From a virus (lineage: Duplodnaviria; Caudoviricetes), in the IMG/VR virus record IMGVR_UViG_3300033153_001680, positions 1-61,847 of that record: a stretch of 61,847 nt of DNA; one strand, given 5' to 3'. Shown piece after piece: positions 17,581 to 28,381 of the stretch. The notes below the pieces were generated by a model. The model was given only the letters and a program-made list of their open reading frames with translations, did not search any database and was not told the DNA's origin. Each line of letters opens with the position of its first letter. Positions within the stretch are counted from its first letter, which is position 1. The translations under genes were made by a program, and so were the position numbers.

Positions 17581-19526
17581 ATCTTCTACTAAGCGGGAAT
17601 AATACTAAGGGAGCCCTTGAGTCAGAGGTATCCTTCGAAGAGGGCTCAAAGATACTCTGCGAGCCTGGAGACGGATTTTGTAGTGCTCGACTCTTAGAGC
17701 AGGTTATCAGCAGTGCAAGAGTTGATGGGTTTTTCGCAGACACCTTCGATACCAAGAACTCTCCAGCGTTTGGGGCAGGAGAGTTTGCGCTACGCGTCCA
17801 CCCAGGGATGACTTACGCTCTCGCAGAAGCTGAAAATGTAGCTTTGGGGGACCACTTTGACATCCCCCACATAAGTGATCCAGAAGGGAAGAGGTACACC
17901 GAGGTATGGGTATCCTACTACCCGTCTATTCAAGCGTACCCAGAGGTCCTAGCGAGCGACTCGAATACCCTGGTTACGTCCGAGAGAGTTACTATAAAGC
18001 CTAAGATCTATCCAGAGCTTATACAGAGCTTACCTAACCCTGTGGGCATAGGAGCATTATTGAATTTCGCCTATGAAGGGATAAAAATGGTGGGGGGTGG
18101 TAGCACTGTGATACTGTACAACACTCTGGCAGTAGTAGTGTATGAGTGGAACGGGTCAGGCTACACTCATACGCTTATTCACGGAAACAAGGGTTTTGTT
18201 GTTCATGCTAGTGTTGAAGGGATTGAAGTCATAGTCACTTATAATGAAGGAGGTGATGATAAAATAGACTTCTATTCTAAGAGTCCTTCATGGAGCCTGT
18301 ACAGAACTGAACTTTGGAGCTACATAAGCAGGGACGTGCTGCTGTATGGGGCCTACATCTTGGTCGGGGGTGCCGTAGAAGACGGACTAGCTCTCTTGAA
18401 GAGCGATTTAAGCGTCTTCTATGAGGCCGATAATCCCAGCTATTCTGAGACCATCCCCACACTATATTCAAAGTACCCTGCGGAGACTAGGAGAGTGGTG
18501 GGGATAGACCATGTTGCTATTTCAGTCCTTGGGGGTCCCTTCAGGCAGAGACTGGCTTACACAGAATTTGATCATAATTCTGCTGAGTTAAAACTCTACG
18601 GGGGTTCAAGTGCGGAAGGCTACGAACCATACCTACCCGAGGGAGAGCACCATACTTTTTTCACAGGGTATATCATACTGAGGCACCCCTACGGAATTGG
18701 GGCCGATGAGGGTTTTCTAATTCTTACCTCTCATGATGAAATATTCCCATACGACTACCTAGATGGCGAGTACTCCGCGAGTCAAGCTCTTACAAGTTAC
18801 AGTAGCACCAACTCTTATGTTATGGACGAGTTCTTGGTAAACTTTAATAGCCAAGTGTTCTATGCGTCAGGCCCCGAAGAGCTAATCCCTTTATACACTT
18901 TCAACTTCTCCGTTCATAAGGTTTTCTCCGGGGTGTTCTTCCCTGTTAAGTACCCTTATTACTTTTTAAGCGAGGGGGACGACATAGTTAAACTAGTAGA
19001 GGTCGTAAAAACTCACTACGACGAGGTACCTGATGCGGAGTTTACCCTCAAGTACACCTCAGAAGCGGACATAGATGAAGTTACGGGGTTCTCAGTCCCT
19101 GCTCAGGCTTCAGGGGCTGCGTCTTTATGGCTAATCTCCAAGGACAACCTCAGTTTCTATACCTGGAGTGGTGCCTCCTGGGACCCTGAGAACGATGTTG
19201 CTAACGGGTGCGTTTTACAGAGCTTTATTGACGGGTGCAACTCAGGGTTCCCCCTGGGTGCGGGGCTGACTGAAGTATATGTGAAGGTGCTTATGTCTTC
19301 ATCCGAGCGAGACAGTACGCCAGAGTTTCCCTATCTCGAAACGGTGATGAGCATGTCCACTTTTGGGAGTCCCGATGTTGCTTTTTTGTGCGACGACTCC
19401 CATGTCAGTATAGAGCATCTAGGGGACGGTGTTACAAGGGTCACTTCAAAAATGTCCGAAGAGGTAGTGTTGTCAGCTCAAGTTTGCATACTAGCTCCCC
19501 CTTACAACGAAGACTTCGATGGCTAA
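17577..19526 (+). CDS. Large beta-rich tail-region protein
   Basis: 649 aa, overlaps its neighbours. Confidence 0.65.
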   Translation: MNLLLSGNNTKGALESEVSFEEGSKILCEPGDGFCSARLLEQVISSARVDGFFADTFDTKNSPAFGAGEFALRVHPGMTYALAEAENVALGDHFDIPHISDPEGKRYTEVWVSYYPSIQAYPEVLASDSNTLVTSERVTIKPKIYPELIQSLPNPVGIGALLNFAYEGIKMVGGGSTVILYNTLAVVVYEWNGSGYTHTLIHGNKGFVVHASVEGIEVIVTYNEGGDDKIDFYSKSPSWSLYRTELWSYISRDVLLYGAYILVGGAVEDGLALLKSDLSVFYEADNPSYSETIPTLYSKYPAETRRVVGIDHVAISVLGGPFRQRLAYTEFDHNSAELKLYGGSSAEGYEPYLPEGEHHTFFTGYIILRHPYGIGADEGFLILTSHDEIFPYDYLDGEYSASQALTSYSSTNSYVMDEFLVNFNSQVFYASGPEELIPLYTFNFSVHKVFSGVFFPVKYPYYFLSEGDDIVKLVEVVKTHYDEVPDAEFTLKYTSEADIDEVTGFSVPAQASGAASLWLISKDNLSFYTWSGASWDPENDVANGCVLQSFIDGCNSGFPLGAGLTEVYVKVLMSSSERDSTPEFPYLETVMSMSTFGSPDVAFLCDDSHVSIEHLGDGVTRVTSKMSEEVVLSAQVCILAPPYNEDFDG

Positions 19527-20673
19527 CGTCAAGTTCACTAATACTCCGTCCGGTGAGTGGGCAGATTTTACAAGTCCTACTTCCACATGGGTTTGGGATA
19601 CTACGGGAGTTGAACCTGATGAGCTGGATATCGTTCTGGAGTATGTCTCCTTAGATGCTACAGTGTTCTCAGGAAAGACCGGGAACCATTTTGAGATTGA
19701 TCTGGAGTTTGCGGAGCTTGAGGGGTTTTCTGGGGGGCTCTTAGGCCTCAACCTGGAGCTGGTCGAGCTGACAGGGGTCGTAGAGTTAGTTCCAAACGCT
19801 GTGGTTTTTCAGCTAGAGCTTGTAGACTTAGTTATTACTGGGATCTCCGGGCTGATTAACAGCGATATAGATATCAGCCTAGAGCATGTAGAACTTAACC
19901 TTTTTCCAGGGGCCTCCTTAGACCTGGAGCTTGAACCAGTTATATTTACGGGGACCATTAGTATGGGAATGAACTTAGTACTGGAGTATGCAGAGCTAGA
20001 GATGTACAGTGCTTTCGGAGCTTCAATAGACCTAAGCACTAAAGAAGTAGTCATCCAGATGGTGGGTACAGCTTCGTACAACACCCTTGACCTGTCTACC
20101 CAGAGGATTCTGCTAGAGGCTCACAGAGGAGGCCAAGTTAATTTAGACCTCCTGAAGGTTCAGTTGGCTTCAGGAATTGGTAATTCTATAAGGGCCTCCC
20201 TGGATATCAAAGTACAGTTTCCGGTTGTGTCAGGGTCATCAGGAGCACAGGTTTCCCTAGGCCTGCAAAGCCTACAAATGTCTCTGCAAGGTTCCAATGA
20301 AACAGTAGCCCACTTGGATCTGACCTTGGGTAAGGTTGGTTTAATTCTCCAGGGGGGCTCCGAAATATCTGGGAGCTTGGACTTGTCCCTGAGAAAAGCC
20401 AGTCTGGAAGTGCTGGGGGGCTCCCGAGGACCTGAAGAGCAAGGTCTAATTTTGCTGCTGGAGGAAGCTCTTCTGGAATCGACAGGCAGTGCTTGGATTA
20501 ATTCAGGACTGGAGTTCTCGCTAAGGCCCTTAGAGGTGTACATAGAAGGGTACTTGGTCCCAAAGGGGGACCTACAGTTTGATACTCGGTACATTTTCTT
20601 AGAAGGAAGACTACTGAATAGTGTAGACGGCTCAGGTGAATGCTCATACGAAGACTTAGAATTTGAGAGGTGA
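19519..20673 (+). CDS. Structural protein with degenerate Leu-rich beta repeats
   Basis: Recurrent LDLxL/LELxxV...G pattern roughly every 20-25 aa. Confidence 0.65.
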   Translation: MANVKFTNTPSGEWADFTSPTSTWVWDTTGVEPDELDIVLEYVSLDATVFSGKTGNHFEIDLEFAELEGFSGGLLGLNLELVELTGVVELVPNAVVFQLELVDLVITGISGLINSDIDISLEHVELNLFPGASLDLELEPVIFTGTISMGMNLVLEYAELEMYSAFGASIDLSTKEVVIQMVGTASYNTLDLSTQRILLEAHRGGQVNLDLLKVQLASGIGNSIRASLDIKVQFPVVSGSSGAQVSLGLQSLQMSLQGSNETVAHLDLTLGKVGLILQGGSEISGSLDLSLRKASLEVLGGSRGPEEQGLILLLEEALLESTGSAWINSGLEFSLRPLEVYIEGYLVPKGDLQFDTRYIFLEGRLLNSVDGSGECSYEDLEFER

Positions 20674-20676
20674 TAA

Positions 20677-21141
20677 ATGAAGTGCATAACCACTGAAATA
20701 GAGCTAATAGGAGGGAGGCTGAGTCAGTTTAACGGCTACACTTTTAACTCTATGGCACGATTTGGGGACCGTTATATTGGGGCCAGTGGTGCCGGATTAG
20801 CAGTACTAGGTGGGGACTCTGATGATGGGGGTGCTATAGAGTCCGTGTTTCATGTAGCAACCACTGATTTTGGTATCCAGTCTAATAAGTCAGTTTTTGC
20901 TGTTTATCTGGGGGTGGAGTCTGATGGGGACTTAGAACTGGTTGTGGCCGTCGATGAAACTGACCCTGTGGAAATAGAGGTCTCTATTGCTGACGGGGGG
21001 TTCCAAAGAAAACGGGTCCGGGTCCCTGGGAATCTAGTAGGCAGGTACTGGACTATTGGAGTGTCAAACCCAGGAGGGGGGTACTTCGCAGTAGAGAGTA
21101 TCGAAGCCCTAGTAAAAGTCATGCACAGCAGCCATGTTTGA
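20677..21141 (+). CDS. Conserved virion structural protein
   Basis: SQFxGYxFNS, L.GDSDDG..I, TDFG and GRYW motifs; GAGG RBS. Confidence 0.7.
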   Translation: MKCITTEIELIGGRLSQFNGYTFNSMARFGDRYIGASGAGLAVLGGDSDDGGAIESVFHVATTDFGIQSNKSVFAVYLGVESDGDLELVVAVDETDPVEIEVSIADGGFQRKRVRVPGNLVGRYWTIGVSNPGGGYFAVESIEALVKVMHSSHV

Positions 21142-22009
21142 GCTACCTACCAGAATAACTATGGTTGACTACGTGGGGGTTCCTACGATCAATGCTGCGT
21201 CTTTCCACGACCGAGCTATATCTGAGCTAGAAGTTCTCCGTAACCAGATGAAATTCAACAATTTAAAGCAATACCAAAGGAACATAAGTACCGCTGACAA
21301 TGTTCAAATAAAATGCCATATTTCCTTTGGGTCCGCTCATGCAGTAATTGTAATAGGCGGGGAGAGCGACGTTACAATAGACGAGTACGCCTGCTTTTGC
21401 TGTGCTTACGAGATTCTAGCTGGAAGGCTGATGGACATCTCTGATGAGACTTATGGGGACGACGAGTCCTACAGGGCTGAGATAAAAGTGTGCCAGAAGA
21501 CCGGTACCGGAGTACCAAAATTGATAAAGACCACTGAAGTTAGGAAATCCGCAGGAATCACGAACGAGACAATAACGAGCCTAAAGGACATTGAGTTCTA
21601 CATATCTGATACCTTCGTTAACGTACCTTTCACTGACAGGTACCCCCACAAAGTAGGGGGGCTGGTCCTCATTCTTGCTATGCCCTTAGTAGACTTCCGA
21701 CCTGACCCAGATGAAGTATTCATGTATGGGGGAACCTATACCCGAAAAGCAGGGTCTTGGTCTCCGGAAGTTAATAAGCGGAGGGTAGTTAACAGGTCCT
21801 ATGAAGACCCCCTGGACACCCTAAATACTCTTGCGCCGATCACTCAGAAGTACCTGGAGTCTACAGGGCACACGAATGTACTAACTTTAGACTCAGATCT
21901 GTGGGACGAAGAAGCTGAAGACGTTGCAGGGGACCTGAAGTTCTGCCCTTTTAGGGTCCTCCCCATCCTACTTGACTCTTGCTTCACGGGGTACAAATAT
22001 GGCAACTGA
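21134..22009 (+). CDS. Hypothetical structural-region protein
   Basis: 291-aa ORF overlapping both neighbours. Confidence 0.65.
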   Translation: MFELPTRITMVDYVGVPTINAASFHDRAISELEVLRNQMKFNNLKQYQRNISTADNVQIKCHISFGSAHAVIVIGGESDVTIDEYACFCCAYEILAGRLMDISDETYGDDESYRAEIKVCQKTGTGVPKLIKTTEVRKSAGITNETITSLKDIEFYISDTFVNVPFTDRYPHKVGGLVLILAMPLVDFRPDPDEVFMYGGTYTRKAGSWSPEVNKRRVVNRSYEDPLDTLNTLAPITQKYLESTGHTNVLTLDSDLWDEEAEDVAGDLKFCPFRVLPILLDSCFTGYKYGN

Positions 22010-23102
22010 CTTAGAACTGTTCTACTTAGAGATGTTTAACAGTGCTCGGAGTGACCCCCCTGGTTATGCAGCTTCTCTGGGTATTGATCTAAATGAGGGT
22101 CTCTCAGAGGGGACGTTGTCCTCTGAACCAAGGCAACCTTTAAAGCTTAACAGCGATTTAGTTACCCTAGCCACGGGTCATTCCCAGGACATGCTAGATA
22201 ATGACTTCATGGGCCATGACTCTCCTACAACGGGGTCTACTAGAGACAGATTTGATGCGTCCCCCTACATTTACGCATTGTATGGAGAAAACTTGGCCTT
22301 GGTACCCTCTAGTGCTGTAGTAGACCCGTTCGTTGCGGCACAGTTTATGTTTGAGGGCCTATTCGTAGACGCTGGAGTAGCTGGGAGGGGACACCGGAAA
22401 AATATCGTTACGGGGGGTTTTTCTGAGATAGGGTTTGGTCACCTTATAGGAGAGTGGCAGGGGTACACTGACTCTCATATACTGACTCAGAACTTTGGGC
22501 ACCGCGTGATAGGTACTCGGGGGGTAGTTGGAGTTGTATTTAGCGACTCTAATTCGGGTGGTACTTTTGATATTGGTGAAGGTATGTCCGCTATAGACGT
22601 GGCTTTTATCCAGGGGGGTACCGATAAATACCTAGCTACTACGGATTCCAATGGGTACTTTGAAGCAAATATCCTTCCAGGGCCATACACTGTTGAAGCT
22701 CGCACTCCGAGCCATTATAGCACTTTGGAGATCGACGTACTCCATGAAAATATCAGAGTGCTACTATTTTGGGACGCTGTAGTGACTGAGGCTCCAACGG
22801 GAACTTTTGTCTCGGACGTTGACAAAGTACTAGCAAACGCCGCGAACTCCTCTATACAGTCCCTTAATCCAACTAACGTGGTCCAGGGGCTGAGGGACAC
22901 TTACACAATAACTTGGGCCGTCCAGAATGCCACGTTTGTGAGTTTAGATGGCACTCCTGTGAGTCCTAGTGGCAGTAAAACAATTGGAACTGGTGGCCCC
23001 TCAGATCACATACTAACCGCTTATGGTCCCGCAGGGAGTCTTGAAAAAACTATATCTATAGGTGCAATTATCTTCGTGCCCTTTACTACTGAGGACATCT
23101 AG
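21999..23102 (+). CDS. CAP (SCP/TAPS) domain protein with C-terminal beta-sandwich domains
   Basis: NxAR...QPL..N..L...AxxHSQDM...GH, GENLA, GHRKNI....EIGxG, TQNFG. Followed by GVVFSDSN...FDIGEG and TDSNGYF (SdrD-B/CarboxypepD_reg-like). Likely ATG at 21999. Confidence 0.85.
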   Translation: MATDLELFYLEMFNSARSDPPGYAASLGIDLNEGLSEGTLSSEPRQPLKLNSDLVTLATGHSQDMLDNDFMGHDSPTTGSTRDRFDASPYIYALYGENLALVPSSAVVDPFVAAQFMFEGLFVDAGVAGRGHRKNIVTGGFSEIGFGHLIGEWQGYTDSHILTQNFGHRVIGTRGVVGVVFSDSNSGGTFDIGEGMSAIDVAFIQGGTDKYLATTDSNGYFEANILPGPYTVEARTPSHYSTLEIDVLHENIRVLLFWDAVVTEAPTGTFVSDVDKVLANAANSSIQSLNPTNVVQGLRDTYTITWAVQNATFVSLDGTPVSPSGSKTIGTGGPSDHILTAYGPAGSLEKTISIGAIIFVPFTTEDI

Positions 23103-23103
23103 C

Positions 23104-25482
23104 ATGGCAGATGAAAATTTAACGTTATTCGGTGGGCACCCTCTATTTGGCCCTTCAAATATCAGATCCTACGGGGTACTCAAACCTCGGGGTCTTTTTG
23201 TCAGGGTAGCCTTTGTACTAAGGGTATCAGTTCGTTCAAGGGAGTTAGATATACGGTTTCTTGACGGGGACACCAGAAAGACAGACGTATACCGGGCGGA
23301 GGTACTGTTTGGAGTAGACCAGTCAACTCCAAATCCTGGCAACCCTGAAGCGGAGTTTATAGAAGACGTTGTCACTCCCTCTGCGGCTGTTGTAGCCAAA
23401 GGGGACCGAGTAGCCGTTATGGTGGATGGTACAAGGATTTACGTAGTTTCGAGACTCGATACTTTTTTATACCCTAACTCTAACAGAGCAGCTGTGTACC
23501 CAGGGAGAATCCTCGTAGACGCTATGTCTACTTTTTTAGTTGGTGCTATCCTTGACCCAAATGGGGGCTACAGTTATGCAGAGTTCATGGACCCCTCGAC
23601 AGGTGTTCTGACTAGAGTCGAGTCAGAGGACACTGACAAAGTCACTAATCGTATTTCCTACAGGCTGTTCCACCAGTTAGCAGGGTGCCATCTCCAGAAT
23701 CTTAATAGAATACACGTAAACGATGGGGGCCACCCTTACGAAAGAGGTGGGGGAGGTCCTATACCCACTCAGCCTGTCTACCTTGCAGGGACCATACGCC
23801 ACGGAAACACTGTCAACTACTTGCCTTACGTAGTAGACCTCCCCTTTGGGGCCACAGACTACTCTGGGGACTTGTCAGCATACTCGGGTATACAGAGTAA
23901 AGTTGAGGAAGCTTCATGCCACCCTGGTGCAGCTAGTACTTTACGCAATTGGTACAAAGGCGCAACCTATTTATGGTTTGAGGACGAAGAGCCTGAGTGG
24001 GTACTTATGATATCAGTATACCCCTCCTGGGACTTATGTAAGTACATCAAGTTTACAGAAGTGCCTGTACACGGTTGGGCTGAGAACGCTGCTAATGATA
24101 GTGACGACCCCACGTTAGGGGGCGACAGAAGTGACTACGTAGAATACCGGAGATACGAGGACCTTGTAAGGGAGGTACACAGCCTGGAGCGGTGGTGGAT
24201 AGACTGGGGTGTCGCGGGAAGTAGCGTACTATACAGTGAGTCTATGCACCGGGCCTTATGTATACCTGCTATAAAAACAGGGAGGAATGAGTACCAGTTT
24301 GTTGTACATGATGGGTATGGGTACTCTGACGGATCAGAAATCCTCTTTGGATTTAATGAGCAAAAGTTGCTATACGGAAAAGTTGTTAGGACTGTTCGGG
24401 ACGAGGGGCTGGCTTCAAATGGATCGCCCTACGAGTACAGTATTACATACGACGACCCTCTTGGGGCTAATACTAAGGTAGAGTTATGGTACGACCTTGA
24501 CTACAGGTACTACAAAGATGGGTCAAGTACCTGGGAGTCCCAGCATACCACTCCTGAGACTGAAGACAGGGTCTGGGTCATCTACACGGACGGGAGAAAT
24601 AATCTTCTGAAGAAGATATTCATAGACTACTATTGTGACGGCGAGTATGGCTCTTACCCCTGGGACTCCAACTACTGGGACGAAGATGTATCCGAAGTAG
24701 ACGCATATGACAACCAGATGAAGGAGTATATCTACTGGAATAGCACCACCTCCCTGGTTGCCACTTACGATTTTAGATTTCAGTATACAGGTAGTGAGTT
24801 TATCATCAATCAGTCTATACCAGTCTTCCACTATGCGAATATAGAAGAAGGGCTGTTCATCATAGAACTGATAGACATGTACTTGAAAGGCCCCCTGGGT
24901 ATAGGAGGCCCTTTAACTGAAGGCACCAGGAGTCGTACTTTTATTGTCTGGTACCAGGGAACATCTTACACTCTATTTAAAGTGGACATCCCCTACAGGT
25001 TGACACCTCCTGTAGACGAGTTCCCTAACATGTTTAATTTTTGGCCTTGGATCATCGACGTTCTCACCCCCCAGAAGCCAGAAACCCCAACTTATGATGT
25101 GACTCTGTCGGATATAACTATTTCGTATTTGTCCTCGTTTGCGGATTATTATGTTGCGCCTATCGATCCGTACACTTTTTCAGCCGTGTCCTACCCCACG
25201 ATACGAGGGGACGTTTCGTCAGCTCTGTTCGTAGGGTCCTTTAACCCCGAAGTAGAAGACCTGAGTTCTGACTATATCCAGGTTTTCATTGACCCTAACA
25301 GCAAGTCCTGGGGTGTGACTGTTAAGAATATACTTGAGATAAAGGACGACAGGCAAATAACTTTTCCTGATGGCGGGGGGTCCACAGTTGATTGGCCTCA
25401 TGGCATGAACTCTCTTTTTAAAGTTGGCGGAAGCTCTCCGACTTTTAGCAAACCTAGCGCAAGCAGAACTTATTCAATGTAG
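23104..25482 (+). CDS. Large acidic, Tyr-rich structural-region protein
   Basis: About 790-aa ORF; likely ATG at 23104 after a GAGG RBS. Confidence 0.7.
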   Translation: MADENLTLFGGHPLFGPSNIRSYGVLKPRGLFVRVAFVLRVSVRSRELDIRFLDGDTRKTDVYRAEVLFGVDQSTPNPGNPEAEFIEDVVTPSAAVVAKGDRVAVMVDGTRIYVVSRLDTFLYPNSNRAAVYPGRILVDAMSTFLVGAILDPNGGYSYAEFMDPSTGVLTRVESEDTDKVTNRISYRLFHQLAGCHLQNLNRIHVNDGGHPYERGGGGPIPTQPVYLAGTIRHGNTVNYLPYVVDLPFGATDYSGDLSAYSGIQSKVEEASCHPGAASTLRNWYKGATYLWFEDEEPEWVLMISVYPSWDLCKYIKFTEVPVHGWAENAANDSDDPTLGGDRSDYVEYRRYEDLVREVHSLERWWIDWGVAGSSVLYSESMHRALCIPAIKTGRNEYQFVVHDGYGYSDGSEILFGFNEQKLLYGKVVRTVRDEGLASNGSPYEYSITYDDPLGANTKVELWYDLDYRYYKDGSSTWESQHTTPETEDRVWVIYTDGRNNLLKKIFIDYYCDGEYGSYPWDSNYWDEDVSEVDAYDNQMKEYIYWNSTTSLVATYDFRFQYTGSEFIINQSIPVFHYANIEEGLFIIELIDMYLKGPLGIGGPLTEGTRSRTFIVWYQGTSYTLFKVDIPYRLTPPVDEFPNMFNFWPWIIDVLTPQKPETPTYDVTLSDITISYLSSFADYYVAPIDPYTFSAVSYPTIRGDVSSALFVGSFNPEVEDLSSDYIQVFIDPNSKSWGVTVKNILEIKDDRQITFPDGGGSTVDWPHGMNSLFKVGGSSPTFSKPSASRTYSM

Positions 25483-25492
25483 GAGGAACATT

Positions 25493-27475
25493 ATGGGATG
25501 GGAAAGTATTAACGGGATCACCCAGGGGGAGCCTAACAACGATGATGCTTGGGTACGGATACCGGATCAAACAACGTACATAGGGTCTCCCTGGAGCCTT
25601 GTATCAGAGAGGTTTGATAAAACTGCGGAACTCGCGGAAAACTCCTACAACTCAGCAGTTTTGTATGTTGAGAAAATGGAGGACTTGTTGTTGGGCTTGC
25701 AGGAATACGAGACCCCCAAAATCGAGGTAGAGTTCCCTGAAATAGACCATATTGAGGTACTCGCTAGACCCGGACTTGCTGACCTTGACCTGGGGTCCCT
25801 CCGGTGGCCTGAAAACACCGCAATTACTCCATCTCTCGACGATTTACCCGCAGTTCCAGGGGTAGAGATTCCTTCGGGGGCTCTAATCCCCCCTGAGTAT
25901 CTTGACATCGACGCACCTGATCTGCGTGACAGGGAAGCCCCTCAAACACCTGTTATCAGGGACTCCGAGATCCCTCCTGAACCAGATTATGTGGTCCCGG
26001 AGCCCCCGGTGCTGAAGGATGTAAAGTATCCCGATGAACTCCTTATAACGATTCCTGAATTTGACTCGGAGCTGGGGGATATCGACTTAGACGGTATACC
26101 CCTCCCCGACGACTTTTCTTGGGAAGAGTCCCCATACAACTCAGAAATCTGGAACACTTTTCTGACTACAGTGCGGGACAATATCATTGAGGGGGGGACC
26201 GGATTGTCCCCCGAAGTTGAGCAAGCTATTTATGATCGGGCTCTCCGTCGCCAGGACACTGCTAACGATCAGGCGTTCCAGGAAGCCGAAAAGTACTTTG
26301 CTTCTCGGGGATTCCCCTTGCCTCCAGGTGCTATGGCGAGTAGAATAAATGAGATAACTACAGAAATCCTAAAAGTGAAAACTGATGTTAATGAGCAGGT
26401 GCTGGTTTCTCAAGCAGAGCTGGCACAGAAAAACACTCATTTTATGCTTGAAATGGGGTGGAAAGCGGAAACAATTCTGAGGGACTTCCACAATGCCCGA
26501 GAAAATAGGCTCTTAGAAGCTTCTCGCACAGTCGTACAGATGTCTGTCGAAGTCATGAAAGCCCACCTGGGCCAAAGGTCCCTCTTAATAGAAGTGTTCA
26601 GGTCAGAGGTTGTGGCGTACTCCGAAGAAGTACGAGCGATCTTAGCCAGGGTAGATGTCTACAAGGCCGAGATTGAGGCTCTTAGGGTTACAGCGGACCT
26701 GCAAAATACTGAAGTAGCTTTGTATGAGGCCCAGATAAGAGCCTTGGACACAATTTCCAAGTTCCACAACTCCAGGCTCCAGGGAGTAGAAATACTCCAG
26801 CGGGTAGAGGGCCTCAAGATAGAGGTGTTTAAGGCTGAAACAGCAGCATTTGAGGCATCCCTGGCTGCTGATAAAAACCAAGTGGACATCTACTCTGCTA
26901 AAACTGATGCAGAGAGAATTAAGGCAGTAACCTATGGGGAGCAAGTTAAAGCACGTACTGCGGAAATAGGCGCAAAGAAGATTGAACTAGATGTTCAAGT
27001 TGCAGAGCTTAACGCTGTAATCCAGAAGAACAATGCTGAACTCAACAGGTACCAGCTAGAGCTAACAGCCTACGGTACTCAAGTAGACGCAGTTGCAAAG
27101 GAGTCAGGGATTACTGTAGAAGCATACAAAGCTGAAGTATCCGCATACATAGCCGAAAACTCTGTCAAGAACTCTGTAGTAGAAGTCCAGCTCAAAGAGG
27201 CAGATATGCGTATCCAGGAGGCCCGGATGAACCTGGAAAAAGCTCTTGCGGAGGTAAAAGCTGAAGTCGATACCTACACTTCTATAAAAGGACTACAAAT
27301 GGAGGGGACCAAAGGAATTATGGATGTGTCTTCTCAGTTAACAGCGTCTGCGTTAACTGCGGTTCATGCCAGTGCCAACTACGGGTACAATGGTAGTTCT
27401 AGTATTAGTCACGGATTTAACTATGGTGCTCAGATATCTGAGTCCCACAGTATCCCCCACGACCCTCCGCAATAA
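25493..27475 (+). CDS. Virion protein with Pro-rich N-terminal part and long coiled coil (putative internal/ejection protein)
   Basis: AGGAGG RBS before ATG 25493. GGTGL.P.VEQAIYDR and ASRGF.LPPG motifs, then heptad repeats. Confidence 0.75.
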   Translation: MGWESINGITQGEPNNDDAWVRIPDQTTYIGSPWSLVSERFDKTAELAENSYNSAVLYVEKMEDLLLGLQEYETPKIEVEFPEIDHIEVLARPGLADLDLGSLRWPENTAITPSLDDLPAVPGVEIPSGALIPPEYLDIDAPDLRDREAPQTPVIRDSEIPPEPDYVVPEPPVLKDVKYPDELLITIPEFDSELGDIDLDGIPLPDDFSWEESPYNSEIWNTFLTTVRDNIIEGGTGLSPEVEQAIYDRALRRQDTANDQAFQEAEKYFASRGFPLPPGAMASRINEITTEILKVKTDVNEQVLVSQAELAQKNTHFMLEMGWKAETILRDFHNARENRLLEASRTVVQMSVEVMKAHLGQRSLLIEVFRSEVVAYSEEVRAILARVDVYKAEIEALRVTADLQNTEVALYEAQIRALDTISKFHNSRLQGVEILQRVEGLKIEVFKAETAAFEASLAADKNQVDIYSAKTDAERIKAVTYGEQVKARTAEIGAKKIELDVQVAELNAVIQKNNAELNRYQLELTAYGTQVDAVAKESGITVEAYKAEVSAYIAENSVKNSVVEVQLKEADMRIQEARMNLEKALAEVKAEVDTYTSIKGLQMEGTKGIMDVSSQLTASALTAVHASANYGYNGSSSISHGFNYGAQISESHSIPHDPPQ

Positions 27476-27484
27476 GAGAAACTT

Positions 27485-28369
27485 ATGGCACTTGACGAAC
27501 TGAAGAGACGGAAAACAGTAAGCCGAATAGGTAATACCCAGGTCACTGAGTACTCAGGAGTCCCCAAAAAAGGTATTGCGCCCCAGATGAATCTGGCTCC
27601 CATAAATCCTTACAAGGTGACTAAAGCTAAGAAGAGTACTCCTAAACGGGTCATGCCCCCAGTGGCAGAACCCGAGTACTTTACTAAGGAAAACTCGGGA
27701 GGCATGGGGTGGCAGGAGCGTATAGCTCGTAATAAGGACTTGGCTTCAAATTACCGGACTGCTCTTACTACTCAGACTCAGAGTAATGTGGCTGGTACTA
27801 CTGCGGGTTCCGCCGCCAACGTAGCAGCCCTACGGAACACAGGAAATCTTGCAGTCCGGGGGCTGCAAGAAGAGGGGCTTGGAGGTCGTCAAGCTACTCA
27901 ACAAGCTCACGAAGCTTCTTTGCAGCAGCAGCGAATCGGTGCTCAACAGGAGGCTGTGAAAGCGGGCCAGAGTTTTCAAGAGTCCCAAGCAGGGACTCAG
28001 AGAGACTTTCAGCTTGGCAGGGACGAGGCTAATAGGGAAGCGGGTCTTGTTAGCGGCAGGGAACGTGATGCTCTTGGGCTGCTTAAAAGCGGAGCCCTCA
28101 CCGACGAATCACAGTTCAGCAACTACGCCACTTTTGGGCCTCAAGGCATAAGGGGCCTAAATATCCCGTCTGGAGGGAAGCAAAAGTCCTATAAGTATGT
28201 TCCTCCTGTAGTCAAGACTGACTTGAGGGGCGAATCTAACGTGGTAGTACCCCCAGGAACTTTTGACCCTTCTACAGGTACTACGAAATACGATGTTAAG
28301 GACCTCCCTACTGGAGACCTCGATAAGATGATTCAGGCTTTACTCAAGCGTAAAACTGAAAAAGAGTGA
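27485..28369 (+). CDS. Putative internal virion/ejection protein
   Basis: Gln/Ala/Gly-rich 294 aa preceding the giant ORF. Confidence 0.6.
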   Translation: MALDELKRRKTVSRIGNTQVTEYSGVPKKGIAPQMNLAPINPYKVTKAKKSTPKRVMPPVAEPEYFTKENSGGMGWQERIARNKDLASNYRTALTTQTQSNVAGTTAGSAANVAALRNTGNLAVRGLQEEGLGGRQATQQAHEASLQQQRIGAQQEAVKAGQSFQESQAGTQRDFQLGRDEANREAGLVSGRERDALGLLKSGALTDESQFSNYATFGPQGIRGLNIPSGGKQKSYKYVPPVVKTDLRGESNVVVPPGTFDPSTGTTKYDVKDLPTGDLDKMIQALLKRKTEKE

Positions 28370-28381
28370 CACGGATTCCTT

